In this document: in pieces, positions 24,850 to 37,627 of the stretch
How the letters are laid out: each line of letters opens with the position of its first letter
How positions within the stretch are numbered: position 1 is the first letter of the stretch
NCBI GenBank assembly: GCA_951406725.2
Contig: OX597815.1
Span: 166,408,001 to 166,472,000 of the forward strand
Origin: Octopus vulgaris
Taxonomy: Eukaryota
Direction: 5' to 3'
Length of the DNA: 64,000 nucleotides
Made by a program: the position numbers and the translations under genes
Notes under the pieces: model-generated
The model's input: the letters and a program-made list of their open reading frames with translations, nothing else
What the model was told of the DNA's origin: nothing
Databases searched by the model: none

Positions 24850-25028
24850 AGTATGGCTGCATAGTTTTAAGGAGCCACTTCGCAATGTTGAGGGTTTAGG
24901 TTCAGATCTACCGCGAGGCACCTTAGACAAGAGTGTCTTCTAATATAGTTCCAGGCCGATATCCAACAATGTCGTGGTACACGGAAACTGCGGAGATCTG
25001 TCGTGTATGTGCGCGAGTGCGTGTATAC

Positions 25029-25087
<59 letters not shown>

Positions 25088-25510
25088 CGTCCGTCCGTCC
25101 GTCCGTCTGTCTGTCTGTCCGTCTGTCCGTCCGTCCGTCCGTCCGTCCGTCCGTCCGTCCGTCCGTCCGTCCGTCCTACTGCGTGGCACATTGGGCAGTG
25201 TCTTCTACTATAGTCTCGGGCGTACCAAAGCCTCGAGTGGATTTGGTGAACAGAAACTGGAAGTAAACTGTCGTAAAATATTGTGTGTGTTTGAGTGTGT
25301 CTGTTTGTCCCCCCCTCCTCACTACCACCACAATCGCTTGACAACCGATGTTGGTGTGTTTACGTCTCCGTAAATTAGCGGTTGGGTAAAAGAGACCGAT
25401 ACAATAAGTACCAGGCTTAACAAAAAATAAAGTACTGGGATCAATTTTTCAAGGCGGTGCCCCACCATGCCTGCAGTCTAACGACTGAAACAAGCGAATA
25501 AAAGAATACA
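24850..25510 (+). mobile_element. SINE A 5' half, then (CTGT)n(CCGT)n at 25030-25175, then a second SINE A
   Basis: 5' motifs occur twice, on either side of the tetranucleotide tract. Confidence 0.75.
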
Positions 25511-25719
25511 TGCAAGCTTACACACACACACACACACATGTATGTATCTATATAAAGCAATTACACACCCGTAAATACTTATAATCCAGTGAAGCGAACG
25601 CAGGGCTTACCCATCGGATGATTGCTGACCCTTGGTTCTTATTACTCATTACGGTTAGTCTGAACCTTGACTATGCCGGAGTGTTCGTACAGTACCCGCC
25701 TGAATAATTTATCCCTAAA

Positions 25720-26110
25720 TACACTTGCTTCTCAACTACATGGTTCCGAGTTCTGTCTCACTGCGTGGCACTCTGAGCAAGGGTCTTCTGCTATAGCCTC
25801 GAACCGGCCAAAGCTTTGTGAGTGGATTTCGTAGATGGAAACTAAAAGAAGCCCGTCGTATATGTATATATTTGTGTGTGTGTGTCTTTGTGTCTGTTTG
25901 TCCCCCCTCCTCACTACCACCACAATCGCTTGACAACCGATGTTGGTGTGTTTACCGTCTCATAATCTAGCGATTCAGCAAAGGAGACTGATAAATTAAG
26001 TACTAGGCTTACAATGAATAATTCCTGGAGTCGATTGCTTCGACTAAAACCCTTTAAGGCGATGCTCCAGCATGGCCGCAGTCAAAATGACAAACGAATA
26101 AAAGAATATA
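25720..26110 (+). mobile_element. SINE A
   Basis: Family motifs. Confidence 0.82.
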
Positions 26111-26444
26111 CATATGATTAGGTGTGTCTGTACACGTGCGCGTGTGCTCCTTGTGCTTGGTTCGCCGTTTCTTACAGCTTAGCAACCGGCATTTGTTACA
26201 TCTCCAACTTAGAGATTTGTCGGGGGAAAAAAAAACACACACACAAAGAACAATAGAACGAATAAGTAGCAGACTTAAAGAAAAAATTTAAAAAAAAAGA
26301 TCTTTTCCGTTTGGCTGCCAATTTCAAAATCACTTCGAACTGATTTCATATTCGGTGTAATGATACGCTCTTATAGGCTAATCAATGCCATGGAAATCAT
26401 TTTCGCTATAAATCAATCGTATAGCCATAAACACATTCACGCCT

Positions 26445-26500
26445 GTTTCCATAGTAACAAGCGGAACATGAGAACTCTTTAGTTTGCGCGAAAGCACGTG
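26445..26500. promoter_or_regulatory. candidate cis-regulatory cluster (RFX X-box, E2F, E-box)
   Basis: GTTTCCATAGTAAC (26445-26458), TTTGCGCGAAA (26483-26493) and CACGTG (26495-26500) in apparently unique DNA. Confidence 0.35.
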
Positions 26501-27405
26501 TTGACAAATATATTGAAACCACTTGTTGACGTTGTTCTGTTTTACCCACCTAAATGCATATCGAATGCTTAAATGTCTTTTTGTTTTAATATTTAATTCT
26601 CAATATGCTGTTTATCGCATTAAATGGATATTGGATGCTTAAAACTACAAAAGATGTTGTTTACTCATTTTTCGCGTGTAGAATGCAAATGTCAGCACAT
26701 GCAATTTTCAAGATATTGACATAATGTGCTGTCCCGCACAAAATGACAGTTTCCAAATTCTGTTTCCTGACTGGATGAAAATGATCAAACTTTAAACCTC
26801 TATTACCTTTTAATAAAATTTCTGGAAAAAGTGAAGTATCTCCAGCAATTCAGCTCGGAAAACTACCACATTTTAAAATTTTCGATAAACTTAAATTTTT
26901 GAAGCCATGGCAGCCAAATGGAAAAGATTAAAAAAAAAAAAATTCCTAAGACGCTTGAAGCTCATACTCCAGCATGACCGCAGTCAAGTTAATGAATCAA
27001 ATATTGGAAGAAAAAAAAAAACAATAATACAAAATAAAAAGCAAACGCAAAAAAGAATGTACTGCTCACTGCTCAAACAGATGACCTGGGGTTAAAAAAC
27101 AACAGCTTCATTTTGACATCGGCAAGTAGGGCTAACAAAAATACGCGAAAAAGTGTTGTAAACACGACTGAATTGACACCCGGCTCCCTAGAGAAAGGAA
27201 AAATGTAATATTTGATCGGCCCAGCGAGATGGCAGTTGGTGTGAGAATAAGCAGCATTTTGAGACTTGTGGGAAAAAACAATGTTTCGTTCATACTTTAG
27301 CGATGTTCTCAAAAGCATGTTAGCGATCTAAGTAAAATGAAATGGCTACGTATATACATACATATATACATACCAACCAGCGATGGAAACGAGAATGCTG
27401 ATTTG

Positions 27406-27442
<37 letters not shown>

Positions 27443-28049
27443 TACTGTGAAAATCATAAGGATAGAACATTTAGAGAAAATTTGTGACATCAACCAGATA
27501 TCTACACAAGCGCGCGGTGTGTGTGTGTGTGTTTCTGTGTGTATGTGTACGTGTGTGTAAACGCAGAAAATGTGATTGGTACTTTTAATCTTTGAATAAC
27601 ATATGCGCGTTTCTGTAAGTCGATTGTGTCTATTACATAAGCCGTTGGAGTAGCTTCTCCGAAGAGGAAACGCGTGCGTTATATCAAGTTTAAAATTACT
27701 AGTTAGGTTGTTTTCTTTGCAATTCGAACTTCGAGGGATCTGATGATTGTTGTCAAATCATATAGAAAATAGAGTAGTGTGGAACTGTTTAACGATCACA
27801 AACCTTTTTGTAACTACTCGTTCCTTTCAGCAGACTTTTAAATTTTCCGCATACATACACAGTCCGACCACTTTATAATCTTTTTACTAGAAACTGGTAG
27901 TCCCAGGCTGGTTCATTCATAATTTCGACAATTTAAAAAATAAAATCGGCCAGTTATTAGAAATGAACCTTGAATTAAGAAAGGATGACTTTTGTCTTAT
28001 TACCAACGCATTACTTCATAGTGTAGGCTCACTTAACTACGCCAAGTTT

Positions 28050-28700
28050 TCCACTCACTTTTATACAATTTATTGAAGCGCAGACCCTCCTTCTTCAAGA
28101 TGTTGATGGAGGTTTGGTCTAAGAAGAAAATTTCTACCCTCAGACCTTTCAGCTACATCTTTTACACTTCTTTCACATTAGGCGACAGGCAGAAAAAGAC
28201 TGGAGATAACTTCTTTTTGATATAAACCCACCAATTAGCAAAGGCACGGATACTGGGCAAATGCGTGTAAGGTGGTTTTGTCGTCCTGCTTGAGTCTCAG
28301 ACGAGTTCAGTTGCTGGCGGTTTCAACAGAGCCATAAATGTAGAACATGACCTAAAGCCCTACTCTCTGGTCTGTGGTCATATCAAGTTCGAGAACTTTT
28401 TTGAAATTATCCTGTTCGTAATCTCTAATCAGAAAGGCCTCCAGAAAACAAATTAGCCCCTCTCTGACCGTTCGATTAGTTAGAAATATCTGGCAAATGA
28501 CATTATGTCTATTTCTAAGACGGGTTGATCACAGCTTGAAAGCTCTTGGTTGTAGGTTTGCTAGTTTAAGTGATTTGGTGGGTAAACAATACGAACATAC
28601 GTGGTTATCATCGTCGTTGTCGTCGTACATAGATACTTACATAATGGCTACCCGTCTGTCTATGGATTAAAATTTGGCTCTTTCTCTTTTGAAGGGAAAT
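28050..28700 (+). pseudogene. very decayed L1/Tx1-like APE endonuclease fragment
   Basis: Faint motif order: G(D)FN-like ggcggtttcaac...catgac, then DH-like and YWKxNxSLL-like segments; many frameshifts. Confidence 0.35.
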
Positions 28701-29995
28701 TAAAAACAAAACAAAAATCATTAAATCCTGCATGTATATGTGACCGAAATATAGATTGTGTCACATTTCTGTAGAATTCATTGCGCACAAAATCAGCAGC
28801 TGCCCCGAAATGTTATTAAGGTTATACATTCCTATGTGGCATGATGTTCTTGCTAAAACAATATACAATACCATCTGTAGAGAGGTTTACCGTGGGATAG
28901 ATAAATAAATAAATAATTTTTTTTTAAAAATGAATATTGGTGTAACGTTCCCATCAAAACATCCTCCAAATGCAAACACAACGGGCCTGAAATACTTGTC
29001 TGGGACAGAAAAGAAAAAATATCTTGCACTGTTGTGGAGGTCAGCCTTGGAAGTCGCGACTGTTTCATTAAGGAATTGTTAGTAACGAGAGCAGTTTAAA
29101 AGAACTTTCGTTGGAAGCTTATTTTGTATTTCTCTTGGTTATAAATTCATAAATATATAAGTAATAATTTTTATTTTTGAAATTCTGAAGTGAAGTAAAA
29201 TACTATCAAACATTGTAATTCAATCTGAAATTAAATTAGGAAAAAAAAAAAAAAAAAATGGAGAAGCAAGTCTTTTCTAAAGTTTAGCGAGTAACTTGAT
29301 ACAACTGTTTCTTTCTAAACTTGAAATATATATGTGATTCTATTTTTTTTTTATGGAACGGTGGATCTCGAAACAAATAAAGCTATAAATATTAATGTAA
29401 ATATTATGTTGAAAACCTTTTTGTGGGACTCGACCTCTCGTCTTCTGTAAACATGACAGCCGTTCTACCATTGTACCAAAACAATCTTTTGAAGTTCTCG
29501 ATCCATTTTAGACTCTGTGTGTGTGTGTATGAATGAATGAGATAAAATAGACAGAGGGAGGAAAGAAATTCAATGAGATTTGTTAGTTAATCGCAGACTT
29601 TACTGTACACTTCAGAAACAACTAGGGTGTTTTGTCAGACAACGTTTATACTGAAGGCTCTCACCCATTTCTCTACACATACATCCGCCATAGTTCTTTA
29701 ATTTATATGATGAATTCAAAGAGTTAAATAAAAGAAGGAAGAGCATATCTACTAGAAAAGGAAAAAGCACTTAGTAGCAGTTGTGCAAATTGCGACAGTA
29801 AGTAGATAGTGAAACTAACTATGATTTCTCTTAAATTTAGAATGTGACTACGTAATTGTTTGAATTTCAATGTTGGAAGTTAGTTTCTTCACTTAGAGAC
29901 TATTCAGAACTAATTATTAGCAAAGAAGCTACATTCTTCAGTAACTGTAATTTCTACTATTTGTGATTTCCTAAACTACGTCTTTTATTATTGTC

Positions 29996-29999
<4 letters not shown>

Positions 30000-30034
<35 letters not shown>

Positions 30035-30146
30035 ATCAAACATATTTCATATATATATATATATATATACCATCAAACATATTTCATATATATATATATA
30101 TATATACCATCAAACATATTTTATATATATATATATACCATCAAAC

Positions 30147-30190
<44 letters not shown>
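30000..30190. repeat. minisatellite, four units of (TA)n-ccatcaaacatattt
   Basis: Direct reading. Confidence 0.9.
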
Positions 30191-30191
<1 letters not shown>

Positions 30192-30196
<5 letters not shown>

Positions 30197-30623
30197 CCGT
30201 TCTGTCTCTCTGTGTATGTGTCTTCTAAGATCTCTGGCATCCTCCATCCGATTACGCTCAAATTTGATATGTAGATACCGACGCCATCTGGGCGTGTATT
30301 CATAAATATATCTTGAAAAAATTACAAAAATCGATTCCAGATGAGAATGCGATCGATAAAGCCGGTGTGTTCTCCCAGTCAACAGCCTTATCATTACTGG
30401 TACTTTAAACTCTTCGGTTCCATATTTGTGTGAATAAAATCGTTTTTCTTTGGAATAGAAAAAAAGTCTATCTTTATTTCTTCTTTTGCTGGTGTCTCAA
30501 ATTTAGGTTAAATCAGTGTTTCTCAAAGAGGAGGCCTATGGGACAGTCGAACAAGTTGTTTTGAGAAAATTTGGTTTAAATGTTTGACAACTCAGCTCTG
30601 TCCATTGGACGGGGGGCCTTTTG

Positions 30624-30627
<4 letters not shown>
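30192..30627 (+). mobile_element. non-autonomous Helitron-like family 2
   Basis: Highly similar to 36236-36608; 3' hairpin gtcca-t-tggac then ctca; TA-flanked; no TIR. Confidence 0.65.
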
Positions 30628-30677
<50 letters not shown>

Positions 30678-30698
30678 TATAAAAGTTAGTAACCTTAG

Positions 30699-30913
30699 CC
30701 CTTTGCCTGTCCCGAGTATCACATGACATATTTCCCCAGCGTCCATGCATCATATGTGGTTACACATCCACAATTTTTTTTTTTTTCCAGTTACTTGAGT
30801 AATTTTGGGATAAAAGAAAACTTCATGTTACACAGAATGTATGAAACAAGGGCCAACCAAAAGCTTGGCTGTTTAGGAAAAACATATGAAAATGCTTTGA
30901 ACAAGCAAAAGGG
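30699..30913. mobile_element. piggyBac-like MITE
   Basis: ttag|ccctttgcctgt ... acaagcaaaaggg|ttaa. Confidence 0.55.
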
Positions 30914-32874
30914 TTAAGTTTGTAGTCCAAATGTAGAGGTGGGGGAATAAAAAAAGCTGAGCACATAAAGCGGATTCTGTAAATTAGATAAGTTGAATAA
31001 TGAAAAAATATAATAATACTTTTTGTCATTAATGTTATCAAATTGGTGTTGGAATTTCAAAGAAGTAGAAAATTATAGTTATTAAACGAATGGAAAGCAA
31101 CAGTCTATAAATAAACCTGCATTTGGTCGTATGATTTGCTAGATATATGTCAGTCTTTCTTTTCTTTTTAAATCATTCCAAGCAACCTTTTAATATAGGA
31201 TAAACCATACTAAATAATATAGTTTGATTTAAACTGCCTTTAACAATTAACTAAATGGTTACATTTATATGACCAGAACTAACTTGGATCTGAAGAAAAC
31301 CCTTCTTTAGGTGGGTGGTACAAACTTTCGATTTTAAACTCTTGCTTTCTAAGGCTGTGTCAACGAAAAGCTTCTTTAGTCTAAACTGAAATATTTCGTA
31401 CGAAGAAGTTTCCATCATAACTGGCTGGACATATAACGATGTTGTTGGCCTCCATGAATATCACTTAGGGATGATAATTGTATAAAAAAAATTTTTTTTT
31501 AATGGTGGGGTGGTGAAAAAGGCTCTATACGATTAACATAAACAAAAGCATAGCATATTTTGGGTAATAAACTTAATTGATCAACAGGTTTAACACAACC
31601 ATCTGCCCCTTGGATGTCGTTGGCAGAATTAGTTACAATTATTCGGGTCAGAATTCCGTTACTGATGAATTATAACCCCCACCCTCGGAAAGCTCTTTAA
31701 AAAAGTCGTGGGTGCTAATTTATTTTCATTGATTAAAACCATTAAATTAAAATACCACCCGACACATGCACATACATACACGCATGTACACATGCTCTCA
31801 TGCAATCATTCATTCACTCAATAAGAGTGTATTTAATCAGCTTCGCTAGGAAAATTTGTTTCACGATCTTTGCTGATTGATTTGTGAAATGAAAGAGAAT
31901 GGTTTGCAATCTATAGATTACGTTCTGCTATTTCCTTTATCGATATAGAAAAAGTAGCTTTCTTTCAGATTGTTTTTTACTTTTGAAACTTATTTCTAAA
32001 CTGTGCCGTAGCTAGAGTGTGCCACCAGAGTAGCCCTCGAGTTTTTTCTCTTCCCCTGCCCCCACCTGTCAAAGAATCTGTACAAATTTATACATTAGAT
32101 CGCAAAATACCCGGCAGATCAAAAGCAGCGTCAAAGACAGACCGTTCCCTGCGCCGCTCTGTAGCTACGCTACTGTCTCCAAGGAAGTTTTGGAAAAGAA
32201 TATAAAATCGTTTGCAGTGAGCCTTTTTTTTTCTCTTTATTTCTTTAAGTATATTTTCAGAATTCTTGTGTAGCGTTCGGTGCCTGTTGTTGAGTTTAGG
32301 CACGTTTTATCTAGAGCAGACATCAAAAATTTCTTTTATAGCTATGCAAATGATAACTTACTACATTCCTATGCAAAGGTACAGTAAACAGAGTTAAACA
32401 TTTCTGTGGCTCGTCTATTGGAATGTGAACCAACCCAGTATAATAGTAAACGCACTTCAATATTTCATTCATTTTTTTTTTTCTAATTATCTTTTGCAAC
32501 TTTTTCGACTGCAACTGAATTATTTCAAATGGCGCTACATGTTTAGTAAATTCATAAACCGAAGCTGCTGCTTTTCGAGATTCTGTAGAACATATTAAAG
32601 TTTGTTTATATTTTCATGCTATCCAAGTGACCTTTACCACACACTCTTTATCGTGGGAACATTCTCTAAATGGCATTCCAAATATTTTTCTCTTCTTCTT
32701 TTCTTTGTCAAGTGATTGCTATTCCCCTTCCACCTCAAATGTCTCAAAAACTCCACCCCGGGTCCTCGAAGTAATGCCTCCCATAACCTAGTTTTGTTCT
32801 TGGACATCTACTACTATAGTCTAATTTTAATCCAGACTCTCTTTTACCCCGGACCTTAATAATAATAATAATAA

Positions 32875-33265
32875 TACTTTCTACTATAGGCACAAGGCTT
32901 GAGATTTTGGGGAGGGGGCTAGTCGATTTCATCGACCCAATACTCCACTGGTACTTATTTCATCGGTCCCGAAAGGATAAAAGGCAAAGTCGACCTTGGC
33001 GGATATTTGAACTCAGAACGTAGCGGCAGACGAAATACCTATTTCTTTACTACCCACAAGGAGCTAAACACAGAGGGAACAAACAGGGACAGACACACGG
33101 ATTAAGTCGATTATGTCGATCCCAGTGCGTAACTAGTACTTATTTAATCGACCCCGAAAGGATGAAAGGCAAAGTCGACGTCGGCGTAATTTGAACTCAA
33201 CGTAGCGACAGGCAAAATACTGCTAAGCATTTTTGCCTGACGTGCTAGCGGTTCTGCCAGCTCGC
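32875..33265 (-). mobile_element. SINE B composite: head, body with tail 2, second body with tail 1
   Basis: Junction aaatagg|tatttcgtctg near 33040; two cores with different tails. Confidence 0.85.
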
Positions 33266-33470
33266 GAGTCACAGTTGTATAACCAATCATTTTCTTTTCT
33301 TTTTCATAAGTTTGCTCAATCAGGATTGACCTGGGGTTAAATAATAACTAGCTTTGGTCACACAGCTACGATCTCCACCACTATTTTGTCCTTTCAATCT
33401 TCATTAACAACCGTCACTTTATGCAAACCGCTTCACTCCAACGCGAAAGCGCGCTCACAAACATGCATAC

Positions 33471-33519
<49 letters not shown>

Positions 33520-34209
33520 TATAGATAGATAGATAGATATTATTATTTACCATTTTTATTATAGATAGATTGACAGATAGATATTGTCGCTCAGCGAGCT
33601 AGAAACGGCAGCTAAATCGCCCTCGTTTACCAACAAGCTTGTAGGATCGTTAACAAGCGGGACAAAAACAAAGTTTAGCGGGAATTTCTTCCGGCTCTTT
33701 CGAGTTCAAATTCCGCTCTGGTCGACTTCAACTTTCATTCTTTTCGGGGTTGATAAAATAAATTCTAGTCAAATACTAGGGTCGGTGTAATCGACAAGCC
33801 TCTTCCCTCACAATTTTAGCCCCCTGTGCTTATTGTAGAAAGAGGTAGGTAATATTACAAATATGTTTCACGTCCCATTCATGTTTGTTTCTTTCTCTCC
33901 TTCCTTTAATACTTCCCTCATCCCTCTCCTCTCATACTCTACTACGTTGCCTGAATGAAATCTGGATTCCCTCTTAATAGTTTATGCAGCAGCTGCAGTA
34001 ATCCTTTTTATTTTGTTTTATTTTATTTATTTATTGCGCTTTTTTTCTAATCAACATCAGTTGTCTGCAACGCGATGAGCGACGGGTTTTTATTATCATT
34101 ATTTATTTCAGGAGTTTTTTTGGTTTTTTTTTTTTTATAAGCGAACAACATAATACTCCCGCGTGATGGAAGATGTGTGTTTGTGTGTGTGTGTGTGTGT
34201 GTCGTTTAC

Positions 34210-34612
34210 CGTTTACTTGTTTCAGTCATTTGACTGTGGCCATGTTGTGGCACTGCTTTAAAGGGTTTTAAGACCCCCAACACTTTTTTTAACCAAGTCC
34301 TTATTCGATCAGTCTCTTTTGCTAAACCGCTAAGTTACATTGATGTAAACGCACCAACACCGGTTGTCAAGCGGTGGTGGTGGTGGTGTGGACAAACACA
34401 CACACACACACACATGTATATATAAATACATGTATATATATATATATATATACGACGGGATTCTTTCAGTTTCCGCCTAGGAAATCCACTCACAAGGTTT
34501 TAGCCGGCTCGAAGCTTTAGTGGAAGACACTTACCCAAAATGCCATGCAGTGAGATTGAACTCAGAACCATGTGGTTGAGAAGCAAGCTTCTTACCACAC
34601 AGCCACGCCTGC
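34210..34612 (-). mobile_element. SINE A
   Basis: Family motifs. Confidence 0.85.
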
Positions 34613-34635
34613 ATATGTATGTATGTGTGTGTGTG

Positions 34636-34672
<37 letters not shown>

Positions 34673-34934
34673 CGGCCATTTAATTTACATTGTAATTAAT
34701 TACTACGTGGACGACTGATAGCCGATTCCAAAGAGGGGCTTACTGTGGTCGCCACACGGTTTTCTGATTCATATATTATTGTACTCTTTAGCTATTTAGT
34801 CTGATTTCGCCACCAAGCCCCTCAGCATTCACTGGACCACCGCTTATATTTTATACAGCGATAATAAGTATATATGTAGTGCTTTTAATACGCAGGATCA
34901 GACTATCGAACAGTTAAAGATAAGTGCGTATAGA

Positions 34935-35260
34935 CCAGTTGTTTTCAGCCGGGGTCCATATGCCCCCTGATGGTCCAAATAAGATTTTTGGGGGTCCATG
35001 CAACAAAATAGTAAATTGTGAATCCACAATAGTTTTTTGAGGGCCCTGAAAAATTTTTGCTTTAAATATATGTATTGGTATGTATTGCAAGAAACAGCTA
35101 GGTTTCTTTCTCAAACATTTTACATAGTTCAACCTACACAAGTTAATGTGTGAAAAACAAAATAGGAATTTTGGAAGAAATATCTATAAAACTAGTTTTA
35201 AAACATTGAATAGTTAGGTGGGGGGTCCACCAGAATAAAATAGTAATCAAAGGGGTCCGG
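34935..35260. mobile_element. truncated hAT-type MITE
   Basis: cagttgttttcagccggggtcc start and repeated ggggtcc subterminal motifs; the right end is replaced by a SINE C tail fragment (35265-35333). Confidence 0.5.
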
Positions 35261-35335
35261 AGATCTGAATCAACGGAACAGCCTGCTCGTGAAATTAACG
35301 TGTAAGTGGCTGAGCACTCCACAGACACGTGCACT

Positions 35336-35545
35336 AAAATCCGTTCTGTCTGTCTGTATGTCTTCTAGGATCTCGGGCATCTTCCATCCGATTCCGCTCA
35401 AATTTGATATGTAGATACCAACAGTATCAGGGCGTGTATAAGTCTTGAAAAAATTGCAAAAATCGATTCCAGGTGAGAATGCGATCGATAAAGCCGTGGG
35501 AATCGTTTTTCTTTGGAATCGAAAGAAAGGCTATCTTTATTTGTT
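35336..35545 (+). mobile_element. Helitron-like family 2, 5' portion
   Basis: Matches the 5' ~200 bp of the 36236 and 30192 copies, then diverges. Confidence 0.65.
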
Positions 35546-36200
35546 CTTATAAAAGTGTTTTTACCTGAATATTTTTGTGTGGCCCACTATAGCTAGACCA
35601 TAGAAACCCCTTTCAGTTACTACAATTTATTTCACACTTCCATTCCATCACTACCTTATTCTTCCTTCTCTCTCCCCCATCTTCCCGCCCTCCCCCATCT
35701 CTCTCTTCAGTCTGTCCTGTGTAGTTTCTTCCTTCGTCTCTTTTCTTCCTCTTTCATCCATCCATAGCCCCATCCTTTCTCCCCCTCTATCTTTCCGAGT
35801 CCTGCGCTTGCACTTACCATACAGCTCAATCGTTTTCTTATCACTCTACAAAATAACTACTGTTGGTTTGTTGCTTTTATTGTTTGTTGTTCTTTAGCAC
35901 CGTGCTAAGCTATCTCTCTTCAACCAGACCTTATGATCAAAGGCAACATTCCTGCCCCTGCCCTGACTATCGCATTTTAATATACACGCACACACACACA
36001 TAGAGAGACGTGTGTGTGTGTATTTATGCATTTTCTAAGAGGTTGAACGGCTGCGAAGGGCTAGCTTTTCCTTGTTGGAATCGTATACATACCACCGCAG
36101 TATAAATGTACACGTAATGTGAGTACAATTTTTTTGCGTTCGATGCAGTTTTTATCTCGACATATTTATGCTCGTTCTATTTACCGAAGATTACGTACTT

Positions 36201-36235
<35 letters not shown>

Positions 36236-36240
<5 letters not shown>

Positions 36241-36608
36241 AAAATCCGTTCTGTCTGTGTGTGTGTGTGTGTGTCTTCTAGGATCTCGGGCATCCTCCAT
36301 CCGATTGCGCTCAAATTTGATATGTAGATACCAACAGTATCAGGGCGTGTATAAGTCTTGAAAATATTGCAAAAATCGATTCCAGGTGAGAATGCGATCG
36401 ATAAAGCCGTGAGAAATCGTTTTTCTTTGGAATAGAAAAAAAGTCTATCTTTATTTCTTCTTTTGCTGGTTTCTCAAATTTAGGTTAAATTAGTGTTTCT
36501 CAAAGGGGAGGCCAATGGAACGGTCGGACAAGTTGTTTTGAGAAAATTTGGTTTAAATGTTTGACAATTCAGCACCGTCCATTGGACGGGGGGGGGGCGT
36601 TTTGCTCG
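36236..36608 (+). mobile_element. non-autonomous Helitron-like family 2
   Basis: 3' hairpin ccgtcca-t-tggacgg followed by ctcg|t; TA-flanked. Confidence 0.65.
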
Positions 36609-37392
36609 TATATATATATATATATATATAGTCAAAGCGTATGGCATATAGACAAAGTAGCGTTCAGATCGTGTAGCATAGAGACATAGAGATAGACTAG
36701 AGGTCAAAGTGAGTGGTATATAGGTAGACTAGCGACCAAAGCGAGTGTCTATTTTTTGTTTGTTTTTTTCGTTTGGTGAGAGGAAATTACCCATTACACA
36801 ATTTTAAGTGGACCCCGAGTCGGTTTTTCCCGGCGTGTACTCCAGTTGTTCAATTGACGGAAACTCCCCTACTTAGTGTGTCACATGGTAAGTAGCTGAG
36901 TGTTTCACTGACAATCGTTTGCCTTACTGCGATCGTCATGCAGGCTCAGCGTAACTGTTTGTGTCAAGACTTGTCCCTGTGAATTAGATACAATCTATCT
37001 GATGGGTTTCCGTGCAATCCCCATCGCAACGTCTGGATCAACTTGAGGCTTATACGGTTGTGGAAAAGACACTTAACCAAGGTGACGCTTCGAATTCTAA
37101 TGATTACTAAGCAAATATTTGACAATGCTTGCACGGCACGGAACAATTATCTGACCGTTATTTTGTTTCCCTTTTTTAGAAAATAAAAAAAATAATCAAC
37201 CTCAAGTTCACATTTCCTGTCATATCGCGTTTTAACGGTGATCTGTGATCAACGTTTCGTGATTAAAACCTTTCTAAGCAATATATACGTCTACAAAACA
37301 TAGTGTGTGTATGTGTGTGTGTGCACGCGCACAGTATCTCGGAATTTGACATCTAAATTCTTCCAGGTGAGATTATATGTATTTTCTCAATG

Positions 37393-37627
37393 GTGCGGCG
37401 AGCTGGCAGAAACGTTAGCACGCCGGGCGAAATGTTTAATGGTATTTCGTCTGCGGTTAGGTTCTGAGTTCAAATTCCGCCGAGGTCGACTTTGCCTTTT
37501 ATCCTTTCGAGGTCAATAAATTAAGTACCAGTTACGCACTGGGGTCGATGTAATCGACTTAATCCGTTTGTCTGTCCTTGTTTGTCCTCTCTGTGTTTAG
37601 CCCTTTGTGGGTAGTAAAGAAATAGGT
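37393..37627 (+). mobile_element. SINE B (tail type 2)
   Basis: Full length. Confidence 0.9.

Noticed and set aside
29422-29478. tRNA-like A/B-box spacing on the minus strand
   Set aside because: No cloverleaf can be formed; at most a decayed SINE head.
30000-30190. Repeat-spacer-like array
   Set aside because: The spacers are only (TA)n and the context is eukaryotic with no cas genes, so it is a minisatellite and not CRISPR.
32088-32303. 71-aa minus-strand ORF with natural-looking composition (FLGDSSVATERRRERSVFDAAFDLPGILRS)
   Set aside because: No recognisable domain and no convincing splice acceptor/donor pair; kept only as a non-coding candidate.
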